Virus record (IMG/VR): IMGVR_UViG_3300046323_000587
Coordinates: 124,001-188,000 of that record
DNA length: 64,000 bases
Strand: one strand, 5' to 3'
Position 1 is the stretch's first letter. Every line of letters begins with the position of its first letter. Made by a program: the position numbers and the translations under genes. Under the pieces are notes generated by a model. The model was given only the letters and a program-made list of their open reading frames with translations. It made no database searches and was not told the DNA's origin. Of this stretch, positions 39,737 through 47,769 are shown piece by piece.

Positions 39737-41884
39737 TTATTTATTTAATAATTTTATATTCTTTAAGAACTTCTGTTTATCAATATTAATCTTATCTTTC
39801 TTTAAATCTTTTAATACATAATCAGAGATTTCTTTTCTATTAGACTTATTTTTCACTTTATTAAGAATTGTAGTAATTCCTGAAATCATTTCTTTAATGT
39901 CTGATGTATTCTTTCCTCCTTTACTATACTTTAAAGGTTTTTTAAGTAACAACTCTTTTGGTTTCTTTACTACTTTGCCTACATAATCTATCAAATCAGG
40001 TTCAATAATAGAGTGAGCTTCGTGTTCAACTGTACCAGGAATTTTATATCTTAGATTGTTCCCAATTTTATCGTACAATATTTGTTTTGGTAGAAAAGAA
40101 AAATCATTAGTATTTTGAATACCAGTAAAGTATTTTGTTAATTCTGGAATATTATCCATTATCCAATCAGCTGAATTTTGATTTGCATTATGATAATTAT
40201 CAATAATTTCTTTTGTATGGCTTGTTTGAGGTTCTCTATTTAATTCATTTCCAATATGAGTTGTTTTACTTACTTTTTGTAAAGCGTGAGGAATTTCACT
40301 AATTAAATCTTGATAAGAATTTGGATTAACTGTAATCTTGTGTTCTATAGGGGTATAAAAAGCTCTTGTATTATTTTTATTTAATTCAATTTCTGGATTT
40401 CCTGATTCTTCTAACAGTTGTTTAATCCTAACTTTATGAGAAGGAAGTAAATTTGAGTTAGACAGCAATTTATTTAAATTATCTTTTGTCATTTGTTTTA
40501 TAGAACTTAACTCTATCTTACTTCCTTTTTGAAATTTCATTAAAAATTTAAGTTTGTTTCCTTTTTTATATATTTGATTTTGTTGTTCTGGTGAACTAGA
40601 CTTATTTAAATAAGAATTTATTCCAACTGCTGGTAAAGCTACTGCTGGTAATTTATTCATTGCAGAAACAAATTTTTTCTTGTCTTTAAGGTAACTTAAT
40701 AAATCTTTTTTATCTTGTGAGAAGTTATTAAAGTTATTGTCTATATCTTGTTCTGTAAGTAATTTATAAGGATCTTTAGGATTTATTTGATGTCTAATTT
40801 CTTGCATTCTTGCGGATATCTCTGTAGGTTTTAAAAGATATTCAGCATTTCTATAGTTTTTATCTTTATCTAAAATTTCATTAAATTCATATAAAGGTTT
40901 ATCTGAATGTAATTTTTTATAATTATCTCGAATATTGTCTAAATCAGTATTTCCATTTTCTGAAAATCCGTCAAGCAATAATTTTTCTTGTTTTGGGTAT
41001 ATTAAATTATTACTTTGAGTTCTATTATGATCTAATTCATGTATTCCAGTATTTTTTATATCTGGCATACTAGGATCTAAAAAAACATTTGTTTCTGCTT
41101 TAACTATTTTATCTGTTGTTTTATTTAAATTAGGTATAGCAGAATATATTTCTTTATTTTCTATTGGAGTATCTCCTAATAAAGGATAGTGTACGCCCAT
41201 ATTACCTTGTAATATATCTTGATCCTTAGTAAGTTGTGGTGTAATTGCATTAGTTCTTTTTCTCATTTTAGCTATATCTTCATTTATATACCCTACTGCT
41301 AAGGCCCTTCTTTCAAATTCTGGACTATTAATTTGTTTTCTGTATGCTTCTGTACCAGCATTTAATTCTTTTTGTGCAGAAGATTTAGTTAAATTATTTT
41401 TTAACTCTAAAGCAGCTTCTTTTACTTCTTTACCAAATTGATTTAATTTCTTTTTAGTTACTGTAACAACTGGTTTTACTACATTTTTAGCTAAATTGGT
41501 TATTTTTTGTACACCTTTTTGAGCTAATTTTTTAACTACTGCTTTACCTAATAAACTTGTACCTCCAGTTAAAGCAGTTTCAGCTATTTGTTCAAAAGTA
41601 TCATCTGGATTAATTTTACCTGTTGCCATACCAGTTTTAGCATCAATTAAGCCTTTATTAATTTTATCTTGTCTAGAGCCTTCTACAACTCTATTTGAAG
41701 CTTCTTTAGCTTTTTGTATCAATTCCCTATTAAGAAATACTCCTACATCATTTTTACCTTTACTAGGATTGTTTTGAGATTCCCATAAAGAACGTGGTTT
41801 GTTGTTTCCTGTACGTTTAATATATTGTTCATAAGTCTCTACTGTTTTAGCAGGAAACTGAAATTTCTTGTATGATTTAATCAT
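39737..41884 (-). CDS. Tagged two-module zincin-like metallopeptidase protein (715 aa)
   Basis: Module 1 GIHELDH + YLLKPTEISARMQEIR; junction YKKGNKLKFLMKFQKGS; module 2 RAFY...SEIPHALQ...YKIPGTVEHEAH; KYSKGG before a small C-terminal domain. Confidence 0.7.
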   Translation of the reverse strand: MIKSYKKFQFPAKTVETYEQYIKRTGNNKPRSLWESQNNPSKGKNDVGVFLNRELIQKAKEASNRVVEGSRQDKINKGLIDAKTGMATGKINPDDTFEQIAETALTGGTSLLGKAVVKKLAQKGVQKITNLAKNVVKPVVTVTKKKLNQFGKEVKEAALELKNNLTKSSAQKELNAGTEAYRKQINSPEFERRALAVGYINEDIAKMRKRTNAITPQLTKDQDILQGNMGVHYPLLGDTPIENKEIYSAIPNLNKTTDKIVKAETNVFLDPSMPDIKNTGIHELDHNRTQSNNLIYPKQEKLLLDGFSENGNTDLDNIRDNYKKLHSDKPLYEFNEILDKDKNYRNAEYLLKPTEISARMQEIRHQINPKDPYKLLTEQDIDNNFNNFSQDKKDLLSYLKDKKKFVSAMNKLPAVALPAVGINSYLNKSSSPEQQNQIYKKGNKLKFLMKFQKGSKIELSSIKQMTKDNLNKLLSNSNLLPSHKVRIKQLLEESGNPEIELNKNNTRAFYTPIEHKITVNPNSYQDLISEIPHALQKVSKTTHIGNELNREPQTSHTKEIIDNYHNANQNSADWIMDNIPELTKYFTGIQNTNDFSFLPKQILYDKIGNNLRYKIPGTVEHEAHSIIEPDLIDYVGKVVKKPKELLLKKPLKYSKGGKNTSDIKEMISGITTILNKVKNKSNRKEISDYVLKDLKKDKINIDKQKFLKNIKLLNK

Positions 41885-43342
41885 TGTTGTCTAATTTAAA
41901 TTTATATAAAGAAAATAATTTTCCTCCTTTTGAGTAAGCAGGTATTACAAATGCAGCTCCAGAAAACCCTTTTGCATAAGTATTGTAATCTTTCCACTGA
42001 GCTGTAGACAATTGATTTTTACTATTTGCTTTTGGTTTTGCTGAATATCTTCCCATATCTTGATAAGTAAAATGCAGATCTTTTGGATTTAATTCATAAT
42101 CTTTAATAATTTGTTCTCCTTGTTCTTTTAAAACTTCTGGAATTCCAGATACATCTATACCTATTTGTTTACCATTTTTATCAGTAAAGAGATAAGTTAC
42201 GCTTCCTCCACTAAATCTAGAAAAATTTTGATTTCCTGTACTAGATATACTTGTTTCTTGACCTTTTTTTGTTGGAATATAATTAGATTTTTGTCCAATT
42301 TGCCAACCTGTAGACTTTCCTTTATTATTCCAGTCTATGTTTGCAAAAGAGTTAGATCTAACTGGTAATTTACTATCGTAACCTTCTTCGTCTAAATATT
42401 TTTTGTTATTTAAATCAATTCCTTTTATATCTTTAAATTTTTTATACCTAACTAAATATTCTCCATTGAGTTGTTTTTTATGTTGAGCTATATAAGTATC
42501 GGGAGTTTGTGGAATATCTGGTAAAAATATATCTTCGTACTTAGATTTTACTGGACCACTTTTCCAATCACTATGTTGTTTTGTATTTTTTTGATTTGGT
42601 GTAATGTCTCCGTCCATAATAAAATGAGATACACCTAATACATTATTTAATGTACTATCTTTAGACATTTCGTTTTAATTTAGGTAATACAATTGTTCTT
42701 CCTCCTGTAGAGTTATCAAAAGTTCTTTTAAAAGAGTGTAATTCTCCATTTTTATCTTTAGCAACTCTTAACAATTCATAAGATTCTCTATATTTCTCTT
42801 CAGGTGTTTTTGAATTTGATTTTGAGTTTAGTTTTGAATCTGATTTTGAATTGTTGTTAGAAGTAGATTTTTTAGGCTCTACTTTAATTAATTTTGATCC
42901 TCATCTTTTGTAGTCAATTTATCTCACCCTCGTTTCAATCCTCCTACAACAACAGTAGCGTTATCAGGAGTAAATATCGAAGTAACTCTATTTACAAATG
43001 AAGGTTCTTGATCAGTTTTGCTTGAATTTTTATTCTCGTTTTGAGAGATAAAACTATTTTCTGTAGAACTTTGTTTAAAATTGTTTTGAGTGTTTGGTAG
43101 TCTATTAAGAGTAATAGGAGTAGTTTTTTGTCTATTTAAAATAGATTTATTTAATTCTAATCTATTTTTATTTGTGTTTTCTAAATTATTTTGTTTTAGA
43201 TAATCTTGGTAAGCTTTTTCTGTTTTTGGTCCCCAAGCTCCATTTATTTTTACACCTAAAACAGACTGTATTTTTTTATTTTTTCAACACCATTTTCATT
43301 TATTTTGCCATTATTTTGAAACTTTTCTATAAATTTTTTCAT
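41877..43342 (-). pseudogene. Disrupted tagged cargo gene (PG-binding-like N-domain + unknown enzyme-like domain); ORF 41877..42668 is its 3' remnant
   Basis: ATG 43342 MKKFIEKFQNNG; one base short in the A7 run at 43271-43277 (restores IKKIQSVLGVKINGAWGPKTEKAY); in-frame TGA at 42924-42926 (GLKRG*DKL); one base short near 42900; one base extra near 42670; ends AYSKGGKLFSLYKFKL. Reconstructed length ~488 aa. Confidence 0.7.
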
Positions 43343-43665
43343 TGATTTGTTTTAATTAAATTTTAACAAAGTAATACTGATATGAGTTTTACATCATTTT
43401 TTTTACAATATTATAAATTATTTTATTTACTCTTCCTAATAGCTAGTAGCTTTATTTTGAACCTTAGTCAAATCCTTTTATCTTTTCAGTTTCATTTCTA
43501 TTAGTTTTGTAGTTAAGTTTTAGGTTTTAATTAAGATTTAAAAGTAAAGTTTAAAATTAAATTAGAGTTCAATATTTAAAAAGTAAAAGATAAAATAAAT
43601 AGAGTTCTAAATGATAATATATGAGATTTTAATTACTTTATTGAATTAATAGAGTAACCTTATTC

Positions 43666-44595
43666 TTAATATTTATAATAAGTTTTAATACTAATAAAAG
43701 AAGGAAGATTAATATAAAGACATTGATTACGACCAATGAAACCAGATAAACCAGCTTCTGACATATAATTAAATATGGAAGAGTCATAAACTTGATGTTT
43801 AGTATTAATATAGTTCCTTTTTTCATCAAATAATAAACCAAGTTTTTTTAACTTATTGAAGATATTTTTAGCTTGTTGATAAGTAACAGATTTAAGTTTT
43901 GCTAAAACACTTCTACTTGAAAAAGCAACAGGATTAATTAAATCTTTAAAATTGAATTTAGATAAATTAGAGAAGAAGCGCGAACCATATTTTGTAATAT
44001 AATTATCAAAATTCTCGTTTATATGTTTAGTAAGACGAGAAATGATATTTTTATTAGCTTGATTTAATTTTTGCTCACTAGCTATGAAAATGCCTTTTTC
44101 TTTTAATTCATTCTTAACAATTTTATCAATAATAACTTTTTCTTGTTGTTTTTTATTTTGGTCAAGTGCATCTGCAATTAGAATTTCTTCTAGCATATAC
44201 AAATCACCACAAGGTACTTTTAATACTCTAGTTTTAGCTACAACGATTTCTGAGTTTTCTGACCAAAATTCGTGAGTACGAAACACTTTTTTAGTAGCTT
44301 GAATAGTAAGATTATTTCCATCTAAAGTAACCCAACCAAGAGCAAGAAGATTTTTAATATGTTTTTTGACCCATTGCTCAGATGGTGTACGTAAATCACA
44401 ATCATTTACTACAAATTGATTTATATTTCTAATATCAAGATATTGTGATTTATAGTTTAATATAACACCTCCAACATATAAAGCTTTCAATTTAAAAAAG
44501 AAACAAGTATTACTCATCATAGTATTGTCTAATACCAGATATCTTGATAAACCAACAGGAATAGAAATTTGAGTAACTTGTTTAATTTGTTTCAT
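43666..44595 (-). CDS. Tandem winged-helix DNA-binding protein, Rep-like (309 aa), untagged
   Basis: Two wHTH-like segments (SEQWVKKHIKNLLALGWVTLDG; SRSVLAKLKSVTYQQAKNIFNKLKKLGLL); own candidate promoter; followed by ~320 nt AT-rich non-coding DNA. Confidence 0.45.
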   Translation of the reverse strand: MKQIKQVTQISIPVGLSRYLVLDNTMMSNTCFFFKLKALYVGGVILNYKSQYLDIRNINQFVVNDCDLRTPSEQWVKKHIKNLLALGWVTLDGNNLTIQATKKVFRTHEFWSENSEIVVAKTRVLKVPCGDLYMLEEILIADALDQNKKQQEKVIIDKIVKNELKEKGIFIASEQKLNQANKNIISRLTKHINENFDNYITKYGSRFFSNLSKFNFKDLINPVAFSSRSVLAKLKSVTYQQAKNIFNKLKKLGLLFDEKRNYINTKHQVYDSSIFNYMSEAGLSGFIGRNQCLYINLPSFISIKTYYKY

Positions 44596-44634
44596 TTTTA
44601 TTATTTGTTTAAATGTTAAGAGAGTGTTATGATG

Positions 44635-44644
44635 TAAATATAAC
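44635..44644 (-). promoter_or_regulatory. Possible Bacteroidota-type -7 promoter element (GTTATATTTA)
   Basis: 40 nt upstream of the 44595 start; same 10-mer as 16844-16853. Confidence 0.3.
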
Positions 44645-44653
44645 TAAAATAAT

Positions 44654-45652
44654 TTATCTTCTTTTGTCGAAACCAAATTTTTTTTGTTCTAGTAACAAAT
44701 ATATATAAGGATTTTCGTCTTGTGTATACTGTTTTTGTAAGGAACTTAATTTATTTAAAATTTCTTCTTTAGAATTTTTATCTATATTTCTTAACTTATC
44801 AAAATCTTTGCTTAAAATTTCTTGTAAATTAGTTTTAAATACAGCTGGAGATCTTTTTTCTAATTCTGGCAATAAATTGAGGTTATTGATATAATCATCT
44901 TTAAGTTTTATTACATTTTTTAAATTATTTTTATCAGATAAAATTTTTAAAAAATTGTCGCTATCTGTAGCAGATTTTGACATTTCAGATAAACCTATAT
45001 CTGAAATATTTTTTATTGGATTAAATTTAGAGCTGATTTGCGAAACTAGTTTATTTTTTAACTGTTTCCCTAAAATAGGTATAGTTTTTGCCCCAACAGT
45101 TATTAGTGATCCTACATCTGTCACTGGTTCAACTAAATTACTTACACCAGATATAGTATTCTCTAATGTATGTTGTTTATTAGCTTCATTTCTTTTTTTA
45201 TTGTATTGGGTTTGTTGATAAAGCTTTAAATCAGGGTCTTTAGTTTTATTTATCTTACGTTGAGCAACATAGTCTTCCTCAGTCTTTTCTGGACGGCCTG
45301 ACACAGCTTCTTTAATATCTGATACAGCTAAACTAATAGAATTTCCTGATAAAGTATTATATAAAGGAATATAAGCTTTCCAAGAATTTGCATTAGATTG
45401 TTTTTCTACTAAATTTGTACCGTCTCTTTGATCTCTTCCAGATAATTCAGAAAGACGTTCAATTTCAGATTGTTGTTCTTTATTATCTTTAACTAATCCT
45501 TTATTAATCTTATTTTCAAAGTAATTTATTAATTTACTATTCTTTTTAGCAACTGCTCCTCTATACATTGCTTGTTCAGTAGCTGATAAATGTTTTTGAG
45601 CACCTTTATTCAAACCACCTAATTGATGTTTTAATATTGATTTTAATTTCAT
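44654..45652 (-). CDS. Tagged protein (332 aa), N-domain paralogous to 37602..39731
   Basis: MKLKSILKHQLGG; GAQKHLSATEQAMYRGAVAKKNSKLINYFENKINKGL matches GANKHLSPVERNMYANAIKHKNSRAISYFEFKINKGL; no C-terminal tag. Confidence 0.7.
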   Translation of the reverse strand: MKLKSILKHQLGGLNKGAQKHLSATEQAMYRGAVAKKNSKLINYFENKINKGLVKDNKEQQSEIERLSELSGRDQRDGTNLVEKQSNANSWKAYIPLYNTLSGNSISLAVSDIKEAVSGRPEKTEEDYVAQRKINKTKDPDLKLYQQTQYNKKRNEANKQHTLENTISGVSNLVEPVTDVGSLITVGAKTIPILGKQLKNKLVSQISSKFNPIKNISDIGLSEMSKSATDSDNFLKILSDKNNLKNVIKLKDDYINNLNLLPELEKRSPAVFKTNLQEILSKDFDKLRNIDKNSKEEILNKLSSLQKQYTQDENPYIYLLLEQKKFGFDKRR

Positions 45653-45656
45653 TGTT

Positions 45657-45974
45657 TTATAATATAAATTTTAATAAAGAATTTAACTTACCTCCTTGTT
45701 TCCAAGTTTTAAATCTTTTATGCCAATATAAAGGACTAAATGGGTCTTTTGCTTTTGAAGAATCTTTACCTCCCATTCTATTCCAGAAGTTATTACGTCT
45801 ATCTTTATTTTTATGTTGAGTAAAATCTTCCATTCCACGAAATCCTCCTGAAACTATTTTATATTTATCACCTTTCTTTGCTAATACCTGCCACTTTTTA
45901 CTTGAATCAGCTGGAGCTGTTTTCTTAACTCCTACTTTATTAAATCCTTTCTTTATATATCTTTCTGGTATCAT
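45657..45974 (-). CDS. Small basic DUF5754-like protein with C-terminal WKQGGKL tag (105 aa)
   Basis: KKWQVLAKKGDKYKIVSGG..GMEDFTQHKNKDRRNNF..R......DPFSPLYW resembles the DFTxHKDxxRR...SPxYW family of viral proteins. Confidence 0.6.
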   Translation of the reverse strand: MIPERYIKKGFNKVGVKKTAPADSSKKWQVLAKKGDKYKIVSGGFRGMEDFTQHKNKDRRNNFWNRMGGKDSSKAKDPFSPLYWHKRFKTWKQGGKLNSLLKFIL

Positions 45975-45988
45975 TTTCTATTGATAAT

Positions 45989-46783
45989 TTAATTTATTTT
46001 AAATTTACTTAAAGAAGAAAGTTTAGCTCCTTTCTTAGCATATAATACACTAGATTTTTGTTTGTTGCTTACTAAACCATTCATCATCTCAATAAATTTA
46101 TTATCCTCAAAAGATTTAATTAAATTTCCCAGTTTCAATCCTTTATGTTTTGATTTAATCAATTCTAAATCTTCTAATTTAAACTTATCTTCTGGTTTTT
46201 TGTTAAGAAACTTTCTCATTCCCATTAACTCAGGATATAATTCGTGTTCTTGTCCATTATTAAATTGATCTACTTCTCCAGACTTAGTATAACTTTTAAT
46301 ATAATTCTGTAATTCAGAACTTTCATCAAAATGTGTAGAATGAGTAAATTCGTGAACACTTGTACGAGGAATAGATACAATACCATCACCTAAAAAATCA
46401 TTATATTTCTTAATAGTTTTAGGGAAGACTACAACTTGATGTTTATCTTTTAGGTAAGCTCCTGATACACCTTTATAATGACGTTTAACTTTTTCAATAT
46501 CTTCTTTTGTATATGGTGTATCATTAACAGGAGATTTTAAAAACATTTCTCGTTCTATTTCATCTTCAGGTATAACTGAAACTGTATTTAATTTGTTTTG
46601 AATATTAGATAAAGTTGTATTAGCTTTTTTCTTGTTACCATACAACTTTATCATTTTATCTCTTGTTGTAGGATTATTAAACCAATCTTTTACATAATTA
46701 AGATGTTCTTTTAAATCTGTTTCAGAATTTACAGAAGTATTTTGGACAGATTTTGTAGGTTTATCTTTGTCAAATTTGTTCAT
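45989..46783 (-). CDS. Zincin-like metallopeptidase with C-terminal tag (264 aa)
   Basis: SVHEFTH, downstream HELYPELMGMR; ends YAKKGAKLSSLSKFKIN. Confidence 0.7.
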   Translation of the reverse strand: MNKFDKDKPTKSVQNTSVNSETDLKEHLNYVKDWFNNPTTRDKMIKLYGNKKKANTTLSNIQNKLNTVSVIPEDEIEREMFLKSPVNDTPYTKEDIEKVKRHYKGVSGAYLKDKHQVVVFPKTIKKYNDFLGDGIVSIPRTSVHEFTHSTHFDESSELQNYIKSYTKSGEVDQFNNGQEHELYPELMGMRKFLNKKPEDKFKLEDLELIKSKHKGLKLGNLIKSFEDNKFIEMMNGLVSNKQKSSVLYAKKGAKLSSLSKFKIN

Positions 46784-46828
46784 AGCATAAATTTGTTTTA
46801 TATTGATTTTATTTGATTTATACGATTT

Positions 46829-47086
46829 TTATAAAACATTTGATCCAGAGTTTAACTTATTAATATCTTTACTTAAATCAGCTAATATCGATTTAATTTC
46901 AAGTTTATCTTTTTCTGTAAATGGATTGATTTTTTGAATTTTGTCAAAATTAGGTGTAATCTCAGTTGGGTTGTTTAATTTGATTCCTGAAATTGATTTT
47001 TGGTAAGCTTTTTTTGTAATATTGTCCCAAATACCTGTTTGAGAAATGTTGAGATATTTTTGTAATAATTTTATACGCTCTTTCAT
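46829..47086 (-). CDS. Small protein with peptidoglycan-binding-like (PG_binding_1) N-terminus (85 aa)
   Basis: IKLLQKYLNISQTGIWDNITKKAY fits VxxLQxxLxxxxDGxWGxxTxxA; same frame as 45989..46783. Confidence 0.55.
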   Translation of the reverse strand: MKERIKLLQKYLNISQTGIWDNITKKAYQKSISGIKLNNPTEITPNFDKIQKINPFTEKDKLEIKSILADLSKDINKLNSGSNVL

Positions 47087-47106
47087 AATTATTAAATTAT
47101 TATTAA

Positions 47107-47766
47107 TTAAGCACTAACTTGTGTATTAGGTCTTGGATGTAATCTCCAATACATTTGAGTGTATTTATTCACCATTCTTCCTATAATATCAGAAACCATC
47201 CAATTAGGTATTCCAGAAGGTGTCTCTCCATCTATTTTACAACAACCAAATTCTTCTAAATCTTTTGGATTAGCAGGAATAAAATCTACACTAATATATT
47301 TAATGTTTTCAGTTGGAGGGTTAAATAAAAACCCATCTTTAAGATTTGGGTGAAACCAGACAAAAGGTTTTGTACGAGTAAATTTACCATAATCTTGTTG
47401 TTTCCAAGTTGGGCCTTTAACTATATTGAATACATATTCTCTATCAACAGTTCCTACAAACTTAATTGGATTTAGAACATATTGAGAAGGTTTAGGTAAT
47501 TTAAAATGTAGTGTATTATTGAAGGAAGATACATTGCAACATAAACTTAAATCTTGACAATCTAATTCTAAACAATTAATAGATTGTATTAATTCATTTT
47601 CTTGTAAAGTACCAGATAAAGATAATTGTTTAATTATTGCATCTCTTTCTACTAATATCTCATCTTGTAATTGTTCGTGAGAATAAGGTTCTTGTAAAGT
47701 TGCTCCTTTTAACCCAGCTAAAATATGATTATTAATTGCAGAAGCTATTTGTTCTAGAGTATTCAT
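47107..47766 (-). CDS. Tail ring protein
   Basis: LEQIASAINNHILAGLKG...SHEQLQDEILVER...QSINCLELDC...KYISVDFIPANP, conserved crAss ring protein pattern. Confidence 0.75.
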   Translation of the reverse strand: MNTLEQIASAINNHILAGLKGATLQEPYSHEQLQDEILVERDAIIKQLSLSGTLQENELIQSINCLELDCQDLSLCCNVSSFNNTLHFKLPKPSQYVLNPIKFVGTVDREYVFNIVKGPTWKQQDYGKFTRTKPFVWFHPNLKDGFLFNPPTENIKYISVDFIPANPKDLEEFGCCKIDGETPSGIPNWMVSDIIGRMVNKYTQMYWRLHPRPNTQVSA

Positions 47767-47769
47767 TGA

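Noticed and set aside
42924-42926. Stop-codon reassignment (TGA=Trp or TAG=Gln) as in some crAss-like phages
   Set aside because: Only one in-frame TGA, inside a gene that is also frameshifted; all other genes are full length under code 11.
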